A DNA stretch of 64,000 nt from Geosiphon pyriformis uo1 (lineage: Eukaryota > Fungi > Glomeromycota), in the NCBI GenBank assembly GCA_016748015.1, contig JAAOMT010000200.1, forward strand, positions 308,984 to 372,983. The letters run 5' to 3'. This document shows, piece after piece, positions 40,631 through 51,945 of this stretch; within the stretch, counting starts at the first letter, position 1, and each line of letters opens with the position of its first letter. The notes beneath the pieces are model-generated. The model was not told the DNA's origin. It did no database searches and saw only the letters and a list, made by a program, of their open reading frames with translations. A program made the translations under genes and the position numbers.

Positions 40631-42211
40631 ATAATTATAAATTCGGGTTTTTAGCTATTATAATTAATTAGATAATAAAAATTATAACTAATTTTAAGAA
40701 TAATTGCTATTTTAACTATTTTTATATTATTGTAGTAATAGATATATAACTTGATTATTAGTTAAATATCTATTAATTTTTTGATTAATATTATTATTGA
40801 GCTGTTTTAATTTAATATTTAATTTAAATATTTTGTTTATAATTAATAATAATTTAGATATAATTAGTTTTAAACTTAACTAATTCAAAATTTTTTATTA
40901 ATATAATTGTTGTTTAAAAATTGTCTAAATAAACTGGCTGTATTTATTAAAAAATGTTGTTATACAATTTTTTGATAACTGATTTGAAATTTAAAATATT
41001 ATATAGTATTAATATTAATAACTTAAATTTAATATAAATAATAATAAAAATATTTTAAGTAAATAATAATTATTTTATTATTATTTTGTTAATTAATATT
41101 AAAATACTTTTATAATTAAATAATATTATTGTAATCATTAATATATTAAAAAAATACAGTTTTAAAATTATTTAATAATGTAAATTTAGTGATAAAACTT
41201 TAATAATATGAATTAACTGTATTTTACAACAAATATAAAATTGTTTAAAAAACTTTAGTATTATTTTAATTATTAACAATAATGGCTTTTTATATATTAT
41301 TTAATTAGACTTAAACATTATTTTTTTTGTTAGTAAATTTTTTTAATTTGGTAATTAGAGTATATACTATTAATATTATAAGTAAAAAAAGATATATATA
41401 TTATAGTAAAACTATAAAAATAAATAATATTAATAGTAAATTTATTAGTATAATTAGATTTATTAGATTTTAAATTAATTTTAAAGTTTTAATTGCCAAA
41501 TTTAAGATATAATTAAGTTTATAATAAGATTTTTTTTAATTGTTTCTTAATCTTAATTTTTTTTAAATTTAATGTTTTTTTAATTACAAATAAAATTAAA
41601 ATTAAGTTTTGGTAATAAAAATTGTAATAATAAAAAATTGATAATTTTAACTAAAATTTTTCAAGAAATTCTTATATTTTTTTAATAAAATATTATTTTT
41701 AAAATAGTTTTAAAAGATAAGTTTGGATTTTGCTATAAACATAAATATAATTTTTAATAGAATTTAAATAGTATTATTAAATATATAATAATATAATAAT
41801 TTAAAGATAAAATAACTTAAAACTTATTTTTACAAAGATAAAACTATTTATTTAAATATGACTACTAAAATTTATATTAATAAATTAAACTAATAATTTT
41901 CTGTAATAAGTAAAAAATTTTTTTTAATATATTATAAATTTTTAAGTAAATTTTTAATAGAATACTTACAAAATTATAAAATTAATAATAATTAGTGTAT
42001 TCTTTAATAACTTTGTAAAAATCAAGTTTTATAATTTTTATATTAATAATTTTCTCTAAATTATGTTTAATTTTTTTATTAATATAGAAATTAAATATAA
42101 ATTTTATTGGTAAATAATTAATAAATAATTTTAATTTTTTCTAAAAATGTTTATATAATGTTTTTATAAATCTCAAATAATTAGTTTTTATAAATTTTAA
42201 TTTTGCTACTT

Positions 42212-42961
42212 TGTTAATTATTATTAACTAGTGCTTTGTTTTTTGTAAATTATATTTTATAAAAAACATTAAATATTATAGCTAAATTCTAAAGTTTTTG
42301 GAATTTTTTATAATTTGGTATTTAATTTTATTGGATTATTAAATTAAAAATTTATTTAAAGATTTTAATAATGAAATCTTTTATATAATAGACAAAATTT
42401 TAATATAATAGTTGATAATATTTAGTATTTAATTTTTTTAGTATAATATTTGGTTTATTCTAATGTTTTTTATCTTTTTGATAATTAATTTTAGTTTTTT
42501 AACTATAATTTATATTTTTTTTAATGTTTTTTATTAGACAATTCTTAATATTATAATCTTAACACTTTTTTTTAATTAATTAATAAACAAAATAAATAAA
42601 CAATAAAAAAACAATAAAATAAAAATAAAAATTAGTATTTTATTAATAGTTATAATTAAAAGCTATTGTTTTAATATTTTTAATTATATAGTATTAATAT
42701 AATTAAATTTTAATAAATTAAGTATAAATTTAAAAACAATAGTTTAGATATAATAAATTAATATCTTTATTAAATAATAATTAATGTTAAATATTGAATT
42801 AGCTATTAAATTTTGTGATAAAAGAAAAAACTAAACTTGTTTTTAATTAAATTTGTTTATTTTCAAGATAATTTGGTTTTTTATTTTTAATATTTCTGTT
42901 ATATATACATAAATTTTTGTTATATAAAATTATTAATATTTTGTTTTCTATATAAATAATA
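42212..42961 (-). mobile_element. Ghost LTR of the family A lineage, inverted relative to 39817-40630, with the U3 array largely missing
   Basis: The reverse complement contains TATTATTTATATAGAAAACAAAA, AAAACAATAGCTTTTAATTATAACTATTAATAAAATA and TATTAAAATTTTGTCTATTATATAAAAG. The left boundary is uncertain. Confidence 0.6.
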
Positions 42962-43185
42962 ATAATTATTAACAATAAATATTGGAAAAACTTTCTCTTG
43001 TTAATCTTCTGTTCATGACAAGAGCAATAAAATTTGTCGAAGATATAGCATTTTTCCTTTTATTTTTTCTTTCACCTCTTTTTTCGTTAGTTATTTCTTC
43101 AGATACTTTTATTTTTGTTATTATGGAACCTGTGAGCACATCTGCTGATGGTTCTAGTGCTAGTACAACTGGTTTGGGAACCCAT

Positions 43186-43992
43186 TGTTACCAGAGGTTT
43201 TTGGTCTCTTTTCTTGAATATTGTTAATGTTGATTTGCTGTGAATTTATGTGTTCTAGAAGTAGTTAAACCTCCAATAACTGAATTTATCTTCAAATTAT
43301 TTCCTATAATTTAAACTGCTGGGCTTATAAGTAGAATGGCCAATTCCTTGCCAGTTACTTTATGTAGTTACATTGTAGTAAATGTTAACTCTTTCCCAAG
43401 AATTGCTTGTCTGAAAGCTCACTAAAAATATGTAATTATTTTGCTGTAAAAGTTAACTCTTTTACAGAAATCTTGTCTGTAGGCTACTCTAATAATTTAA
43501 GAATTTGGTTTTCAAATATTTTAATTTTTATTTGAATATGTAAAAGGTGATTTGTTTCAATTAAGATATCTAAAGTAAGATACTATAGTAAGATACTATA
43601 AGAAAATACATTTTTTTGAAGAGAGAAGCTCTTTTTTTATACAACTTGTTGTAGTATTAGTCTTTGAACTTGCACTTTTTTTTTGCTCCAATTTCGGTGA
43701 ACTAAAGATACATTTTGGTGAACTACAAGTTATTTCCACGAATTATTGATTATTTCGGCCAATTTTCTATTAATTTCAGCGAATTTTGACTATATTAAAT
43801 GGTTCAGGGTATTGTGTAATTTGATCATCTTAATTTCTATAATACAAATCGGATTATTGATTGAGTAATGATATTTGATAATTTAATTAAATAATAAGTG
43901 ATAATCGAAATAATAATAATATATGCTAATTAATAATAGGAATTATGAGGGTAATTTCATGCTAATTAATAGCTAAAATTCTATTGGTAACA
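43186..43992 (-). repeat. 3' LTR (807 bp)
   Basis: About 94% identical by manual count to 51946-52906, apart from a 153-bp indel; preceded on the minus strand by the PPT TTTTAAGGAGGAGATTA. Confidence 0.96.
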
Positions 43993-44680
43993 TAATCTCC
44001 TCCTTAAAACTGAGCTCCGTCAAAGTCCAAGCACTATCTGTAATATTAAGATAGTAATCCAAGATAATTGAAGTAATCTGGTCCAAAAATTGTTGAAATT
44101 TTGGTTTTGTGAGCTTTCCAATGTATTGAATCTTTATTGGATGGAGTATTGGGTTTTGTAAGACATTTTCACAAGTGTTGAATAAATTATAGAGTCTAAA
44201 TGCTGCTTTAAGTTTATAGTGAGTGTTTGTTAGTCTAGCTATTGTCTTGAATTCATTGTGAATTTGTTTTTGTATAGCCTTACGAGTAATGTTGGTTGCT
44301 TCAAGTTCTAGTTTTCGTTCATAAAGTGTTTTTCCAATATGAAAATATCTATATATAAGAGTATGTTCATTGTTCTGTTCATTGAGGAGTAATAAAAGTT
44401 TTTGTTGCATTGTGGTATTTGGTGAAATGTTAATAAGGGCAGATAAAAGGTTTTTTTTTAGTGCTTGCTTCAAAAGTTCTGGTAATTGATTTCCAAAGTA
44501 ACTTTTTGTTTTTTTTCTATAGGGGTGATAATTCTGAGAATTATTTACTACTGGGGCTGTGATTTTTTTCTGAATGTAATTAATTTGACTTCTATTAATT
44601 ATTATAGATAAGTTAAGAAGTGTTTTCAAAGCTAACATTAATTTTTGGGATATTTGTTGAATATTTCGGGGAATAATCAT
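43973..44680 (-). CDS. Accessory 3' ORF of Gypsy family B, 235 aa, function unknown
   Basis: Uninterrupted ATG-started ORF between IN and LTR, running through the PPT; homologous to 61740-62591. Confidence 0.75.
   Translation of the reverse strand: MIIPRNIQQISQKLMLALKTLLNLSIIINRSQINYIQKKITAPVVNNSQNYHPYRKKTKSYFGNQLPELLKQALKKNLLSALINISPNTTMQQKLLLLLNEQNNEHTLIYRYFHIGKTLYERKLELEATNITRKAIQKQIHNEFKTIARLTNTHYKLKAAFRLYNLFNTCENVLQNPILHPIKIQYIGKLTKPKFQQFLDQITSIILDYYLNITDSAWTLTELSFKEEIMLPIEF
43993..44009 (-). promoter_or_regulatory. Polypurine tract
   Basis: AAGGAGGAGATTA directly abuts the TG of the 3' LTR. Confidence 0.88.
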
Positions 44681-44859
44681 GATAAAAATGACTAACTAAT
44701 AAACAAAAATTTGAAAAAAGAATAAAGAAAATTATTTTTGGGTATAGGGTTTTTATTTGTTTTTGGGTTTGAATGTTTCTTCTAATTATTTACTATTTTT
44801 GATTTATATTTTGTGTATTTTGAAGAGGTTTGTGAAAATGTTAAATTAAGTGTTCAAGT

Positions 44860-46230
44860 TTGGTTATTGTTCTATTATAATTATTGGTTCTAAATTTCGG
44901 AAAATATTTTCAGAATTAATTAAAGAGGAATGTATACCAATTTGTAAAATTAATGGTTCAGGATTGTTTCTAGAGTAATAGTGTTTCAATTGATCTCTAT
45001 GTGCAACTTTTGCTAGTACTTTGTCATTAAGTCTTAATTTGTATGATCTATTGCCTAGAATTTCGTAAATATAAAATGGTTCATCCCATTTATGTTCAAA
45101 TTTTCCACTCCATTGTTTTTCAGCCTTATCTCTGTGTAAGAGAACTTTATTTCTAACTTTAAATTTGTTGATAACTAGTGGCAGTTTGTTGTTATGTCTT
45201 TCTTTTTGTAGGGCTTGGAAGTGTTTAATATAAGTGGCTGCTATGTGTTTTTTTCCTTCTAATGTACTAAGGAGAGTGTAGACTCTTCTTTGGAGTGTTT
45301 TTTAGAAGTTTTTTTCATTGATTGGTTGCACTGAATATGTTTTCACTGTGAAATTAATTGGTAATATTGCTGTTCTTTTATAAGTAAGATCAAATAGTAT
45401 GTGTTTCATAATATCTTGTTTTAGTGTTCTGTATGCTAATAATACTAATATAATAAAGATATCCTATTTCTGCCCAAAATCTGTTAAGACTTTGGCTAAA
45501 GATTTACACAATGTTCTGTTGAACTGTTCTACAAGTCCATTTGTTTGAGAGTGATAAAGTGATGATAAAAGTCTTTTGACATTAAATCGTTCACAAATTT
45601 TTTGTATCAAGTTGTTCACAAAATGTGTTCCTTAATCAGATAAAAGTTCAATTGGGCATCCATGTCTACAAATAATGTCCTTATAAATGAAATTTGCTAT
45701 TGATTTTGCATCTGCTCTTTGAATGGCTCTAGCTTCAGACCATTTGGTAAAATAATCTACTGCAACTGCAATATAACAATTTCCTTGAATTGTGATAAGT
45801 AATGGTCCAATTAAATTAATTTCAACTCTGTCAAAAAGTTGTCCAACTTTGATTGGATTTAAAGGTTCTGTGGAACAAGTTTCTTTTCTTCTTTGACAAC
45901 TATTACAAGATTCTACATATTGTCAAATGTCTTTTTACATGTGAGACCAAAAATAATGTTCAAGAGTTTTTTGAATTGTTCCATCTCTTCCCAAGTGTGC
46001 TAAAGAAGAATCTGTGTGCATGTTGTATAGAATTGTTTTTTTCTCATTTTCTTGTACTAATCTGAGTGATTGGTTTGGATTTCTGTGATTTTTGTAATAA
46101 ATTTTGTTGTAGTATATGAAATATTGTTTGGATTGGTGTTGTAATCAATGTTTTTTACTTGAAGACCAATTTTTTGGTATGGTAAGAGTTTCCAAATAGT
46201 TTTTAAGATTGTTGTAATTTTTAGAATCCA
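44860..46230 (-). pseudogene. Integrase (HHCC, DDE core, GPY/F-type C-terminus)
   Basis: HTDSSLAHLG..CNSCQRR, AVDYFTKWSEA, LLSD*GTHF, YHSQTNGLVEQFNRTL, FKVRDKVLL..KWDEPFYI; stops present. Confidence 0.92.
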
Positions 46231-46339
46231 TTGTTGTTTTGTTATTTGTTGGTAAGTTAGAAAGTTGTAGTGAATTTGTTGATATTATTAATCTTGTCTC
46301 ATTCTTGAAAGGCTATCAACATTGGTATGTAATTTTCTT

Positions 46340-47650
46340 GATTTGTGGTATACAATATATTTGTAATCTGCTAAGAAATCATTCTATCGAGACTGTTTGG
46401 CACTTTGTTCAGTTTTCTTTTTATTGAGCCATTTGAGACCAATATTGTTAGTTATGATGTTAAATTCTTTTTTATTCTTTAAATATTGTTGAAAATGTTT
46501 AAGAGCCCAAATGACTGTGGCAGCTTCTAATTCAGTTGAGCCATATTTGAGTTTTGTTGGCTTGAATGTTCTACTGACATAGACAATGACTTGTTCTTGG
46601 CCATTTTTATCCAATTGTGATAAAATAGCACCAAATGCTATATGTAAAGCATCAGTGGCTAGTTGAAATTGTTTGTTGAAATCTGGATAAGCAAAAACTG
46701 GGGCTGTTGTTAATTTTGACTTGAGGGTTTCAAAAGCTTTTTGTTGTTCTTCAATCCATTGGTATGGCATGTTTTTGTTGGTAAGATAGTTGAGTAGTTT
46801 GGCAATTTCTGAGAATTTTTTTATGAAATTTCGATAGTAAAAGACTAATTCTACAAATTCTCGTAGCTCTGTAGTATTTTTGGGGATTTGAAAGTTTTTG
46901 ACAGCATTGATTGTTTCAGAGTTTGGTTTGACTCCATTTTTGCTAACAATGTGCCCAAGAAAGATTAAACTTGTTTTTCCAAAGTGACATTTCTCAATAT
47001 TCAACTTCAATTCTGCTTTCTGTAATTGTTAAAAAACTTTTCACAAGTGAATAAGATGAGCTTCAAAGCTTGGTGAATATACATTAGTGTCATTAAAATA
47101 AATAGCTACTGATTGCCACAAAAGTCTTTCATATACAACATCCATGAGTTATTGGAATGTTGTTGGTGTATTGCAGAGTCTAAAAAGCATAACATTGAAC
47201 TCATAGTTTCCTTCTTGGGTGGTAAATGCTGTTTTGGTTCGATCTTTTAGGTTCATTTCGACTTGTCAGTATCCACTTTCCAAGTCTAAAGTTGAAAAGA
47301 ACTTGGCTTTTTTAGAGCATCTAACATGTCATTAATTTTTGACAGAGAGTAGGTATCTCTAATTGTAATACTATTCAGTTGTCAATAGTCAATACAAAAT
47401 CTGATTTTTCCGTTTTTCTTTTTGACAAAAACTACTGGTGAGGCCCAAGGACTTCTTGATGGTTAAATTAATCCGTTATTGAGCATTCTTTAGATCTCTT
47501 CTCTAATAAATTGGTGGCTAGCAGATAAAACTTGATAGGCTTGTTGTTATTTTGGTGGAGCATCTTCTGTGTGAATCTAATGTTGAACAATATCAGTTTT
47601 TCCAAGATTATTGTTGTTTTTTGCAAATATATCTGCAAATTCAGCTATCA
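46340..47650 (-). pseudogene. Gypsy reverse transcriptase and RNase H
   Basis: SPWASPVV, FCIDY, KTAFTT, VAIYFND (decayed YLDD), KCHFGKTSLIFLGH, ATDA, TELEAA; stops and a frameshift. Confidence 0.93.
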
Positions 47651-48131
47651 GTTGTTTCAATTGTCTTTGTTGTTGGAGTTTCAAGAGACCTATGTTGATT
47701 CAAGAGAGTTTTTTTTCTAACAGATAATAGTTTTCAGTAGTAGGAATGATGTTTAGATTTGGAAGTAGTGTATGTCTTATAATTTCGATGAAATTAAAAA
47801 CAATTTAAGGGTTTTCATTTTGAAAGATGTTACTGTGTATGATTTCAATCTCTAGTTTGTTTAATAAGACAATGAAGTAATTATTGGGATTGTAGAATAT
47901 AATTCAGAATTTTTTCATTCCTTTGGGAATATAAACGTTTGAGATTGAGATTTCATGCTTTAAACAGATTTGTTTATTGGATTCAAAGATTTGTTGGGTA
48001 GTAGTGGGTTTTGAGCAAGTGTAAATTTCGTGATGTTTACCAAAAAGTGAAATAGTGATTGGTTAGAGAAGTTGAAGAATCTGGTAAGATTCATTCTGTG
48101 TATTGAGAGCTATGTTTACTGGTACTGTAAA

Positions 48132-48565
48132 TCATCCAGTTGAACCAAAACCTTGCATTTCTCTTTCACTTTTTCCCAATTGTTTTCTATTGTTGACTGA
48201 TTGTAGACCTAAAATGTTGATTAAGGATAGGTAAATTGCTTGGGCAATTTTTTCAGCATGTTCAATCCTAAATGGTTTGTCTGTTTCATTCTGTAGCATA
48301 ATAGTAATGTCTCCAGTATATCTTGCATCTATAACTTCTCTTCTAATGTTAATTTTTTTGCTTGCCAATGATAATCTGGATGCAATTTAAACTATTGCTT
48401 CAGGTGGAATTTCAAGAGCAATTTTTAGATTGATTTTTGTCAAAGACTTTGGTTGGAGAACCAAAATATCTTTTTCTGAGTATCTTAGATCATTATTCTG
48501 TATTAATCTCATGTGCTTTTTCTGGTCTAATTCTTTGGCCATGGTTGTCGAAATATTTAAGTTGT
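48132..48565 (-). pseudogene. dUTPase (trimeric type) domain within pol
   Basis: Five motifs are recognisable: E*DLR (GYDL), SRLSLASK, VIDARYTGDI, EKIAQ, EREMQGFGSTG. Confidence 0.9.
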
Positions 48566-49449
48566 AGAGTTAATTGATTTTCAAGAAAATAGATAGGAGT
48601 AGTTGGTAGTTTTTCTATTAGTTTAGGTACTCCAAATTCGATTTCATTCTCATCATCCTTATCTGGCAGGAGAATGCTAAGAGCATAGCATTCTAAACAC
48701 CATTGGTTATCACAAAACATAACACATTCTTCATATAATTGAATGTTCATTTGCTCTAATAGTTGAATTTGAGCTTTTTTGGTTGGATATGTATGACTTG
48801 CAATTTGGTGGTAGGTTTTTACTTTATCTTCATAATCAAATCCAGCTAATTCCATGATATACTCAATGTATTCAGCTTCTTTCATTTGGCAGACATCTTT
48901 TTGTGTGGCTTTATTGATTAATGCCATTGCTAAGTCAAAAATTATTTCAGCATCATGAGGATAGTAGTAGAGTTTATTAAGAGTATTGTTATATACTGCA
49001 TCAAAGGGTGTTCCTCTTTTCACTTTTTTCGAAATTGATAGAGCATATTGACAGATTTGATCGCATACTTCTCCTCTTATTGCAACATCAATTCAATTGT
49101 ATTCTTCAAATAGCATATCTTTACATGTAAGGCAAGGTGTATTGTCCTATTTCCCACTTCTTCTTGAGAATTCAAATTATTTTCTATGGTATGCTTTGCA
49201 GAAGTAGCAGGTGTGAGTTTCATATTCCTCTTCTGGAGAAATACAAGCTCCCATAGCTGAAAGTTTCTTCTTGCAATCTTTGTATTTTAGTAGAATATAT
49301 GGTGGTTCTGGTGTAGAATATCTAACTTTCTTCTATCTTCTTGATTCTTTAAAAATCTCTTGTTCTGTTTCCTCAGCCTAATTGGATGTTAATTCAAGAG
49401 CCATATAGGTTTCAGTGAATGGTATTTCTTTCTTCTCTTCAAATTCAAA

Positions 49450-49870
49450 TACTGGGGCTTTTTCTGATTGTTTGCTGAAAGTTTCACAAGTAGCAGATAT
49501 TATGGTGTATTGTCCTTGGTATAAGATTTTTAATTCCTGAGTTTTCCAGTCCAAGTTTGTATTGGTCTTAAGAAGCCAATCATTTCTGACCAGAGCTTGG
49601 TATTGGGATACATCTATGACTAGAACTTTGACTGGAATGGTAATTTCATCAATAGTGAATAGGAAATTGTCAATTTCTTCTACTGGTGTCTTTTTTATAT
49701 TATCTGCTGTAACAATTACAGTTTGGGCTGGTCTGTCAACAGTTTTTTGAAGCTGTTACATTAACTGGTAGGTGATAATACTTCTAGCTAATCCACTGTT
49801 TAGGATTAATCAAATGGGTTTTCTTTCTACTGTAGCTTTAGTGTACATGGTAGTGATAGTTTTTTGTTTA
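49450..49870 (-). pseudogene. Aspartic protease
   Basis: LILNSG (DSG>NSG), flap IVTAD, ALVRNDWL. Confidence 0.85.
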
Positions 49871-50399
49871 TTAGCTGCTGTATTACTAAGCAAGAATAGT
49901 GATTCATTTGCTTCAAATTCGAATGGGAATATATCTGAGAGATTGACATTTTGGGCAATTTGAGCTGGTGAAATAGTATTGTTGGAAGAATTTGATTTTG
50001 GTGCTGCAGTTTCACTTTCAAAAAGTGCAGTTTGTTGAAAATCCGATCCTTTAGGCATTGTAAGATAGCTGGATTGAGTGTGATAGTGATTTGGTCTTTG
50101 TTGACCAGAATTTTGGGGAACCAACTGGTTATTTAAATTGATTCTGTTATTATTATTATTGAATTGATTTTGAGGTGTAAATTGATTATGTTGAACCAAT
50201 CTTCTGGCTAGTATTTGATATTGTTGAGTGGGTGGTGTCTGATATTGCTGAATTGGTAAAGGTTGCTAATATTGTTGCTGCATTGATTGTGGAGCTGGTT
50301 AATAGTAACTGTTTTGATTTTGTGGTCTTGGTAAATAATAAATTGATAGTGGAGGTTAGTAATAAGATTGTTGTAATGAAGAGTAACATTGATTATTTC

Positions 50400-51900
50400 T
50401 GTTTTGTTAGTCTCTCTGTAATTTCCTGCAATCTCGTTTCCAGTGTCCTGAAATTCCACAATAATAACACTTTTGAGGTTGGTTGTTGGGTGGCAATCCA
50501 AAATTGTTTTGGTTGCATTGTTGTGATGGTTGATATCTTTGTGGTTGTTGTTATTGTTGTTGTTGGTTTATAAAGTAGCTTTCAACCTTCTTTGTGAGTT
50601 GGTCTATCTTCTTTTCAACTGCTGAGCTGGTTTTTCCAATAGCTAGATTGACAAGTTTGGTATGATTTGCTTCTTCTATTGCCATTTCATAGTTTTTTGC
50701 ATGTCTAATGGCAGTTGCTAAGTCTGCTGATGCATGTGAATGAACTTTTTTAATGAATTTGTCTTTTAATTTTGCTATGAACTGATCCAAAATTTGGGCA
50801 TTGGAATAGTATTCATTGGTTTCCAATTGTTGAATTTGTTGAAAAAGTTTATTAAATCTCCCAAGATAGGTCATAACAGTTTCAGATGTTTCTTGCTTAA
50901 TATTGCGAAAGCAGTTTCTGAGAGTAATAGAGGTGTTGTTGTCAATGAATTGTTGTAGAAAAGCATCTTTAAATGCTTGTCAGTTTTCAAATGATTCTTC
51001 TAAGTTTTTAAACCATTCTTCTGCAGTTCCTTGAAAAAAATATGAGATTGTTTTAAGCATTCTTGCTGCATTCCAACCATTTGCATCTTCTGCTTTTTGA
51101 ACTTTGTCAAGCCATTTTTAAAGGCTGGTATTATTGTTTTCACCAGTGAATTCTGGGATTTTTGCAATATAAGCAGTTGCCATTTTTTCTTCATTTTTTG
51201 TAGTTTTTTCTTGTTCTGATTCAGTTTCTTTACTTTCTAAGTTTTCTGGATGATTATTTTCGTTTTCTTGTAAGTAATCAATAATATTAGTGCTTGTTAA
51301 TATGGGTTCTTGCTATTAAGTAGGATTTTTAGGTAACTAAAAATCTTCTGGTCTGGAGAAATGGTTAAGTAGTGAATTTGGTGTTTGTAGTCAAGCAAGT
51401 GAAATTGAAAATGGTGTAATAGAAGGTGGTAATTTGACACTGGTTCTTTGTTCAGGTGTTTGCAAGTGTTTGGCAGTTGTTTTTGGTAGTATTAGAGTAT
51501 TTGGAGTGGTTCTTGAGTATTGTTTCACTTTGTGTTTGCTTTTGTTGCTTGTTTCTGTTTCTAATTCAAAGTCAAGAGAGTATTTGGACTGTACTGGGTA
51601 TTTTTCTTCACAATACTCAATAATGTTAAAATTAAGTTTTTGGAAGTAGGTAGCAAGTGTTTCATTGTTCAGGTCTTCTGTTCTCAATTGTGAATAGTGC
51701 ACTAAATTATTGTAGAGATTGTTTCTAACTTCTGAAATATTGTAGTTTTCAAAAAGATAGTTGTTGATGCAATTTTCAATGTATTGGTATACTGATTTCT
51801 TGACAACTTCAATTCCATCTGGGATGTTAAATCTTTGCTTGTAGTGAGTATAAATTGACTGATAATACTTTAGAGTTGTTGTGTTTGGTGTGATTATCAT
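50400..51900 (-). pseudogene. gag: N-terminal extension, capsid, CCHC nucleocapsid
   Basis: IPEFTGE..WLDKV..ANGW, AFKDAFLQQF, IKQETSETVMTYLGRF, and CYYCGISGHWKRDC at ~50425-50470. Confidence 0.9.
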
Positions 51901-51932
51901 TTTGAAGTTGTTTTTGCTGTATTGTTTCTGTA

Positions 51933-51945
51933 GGAGAGCACCAAA
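51933..51945 (-). promoter_or_regulatory. Primer-binding site TT-TGGTGCTCTCC (cognate tRNA ends ...GGAGAGCACCA; identity not determined)
   Basis: TGG begins 2 nt after the CA end of the 5' LTR. Confidence 0.82.

Noticed and set aside
40250-42680. Inverted repeat pair suggesting the TIRs of a DNA transposon
   Set aside because: Both arms are internal parts of two oppositely oriented ghost LTRs.
42982-43227. Small ORFs at 42982-43227, 31184-31369 and 36227-36793 as host genes
   Set aside because: They are chimeric read-throughs across TE insertion junctions.
43973-44680. env gene or chromodomain
   Set aside because: No signal peptide, TM helix or chromodomain aromatic pattern is visible.
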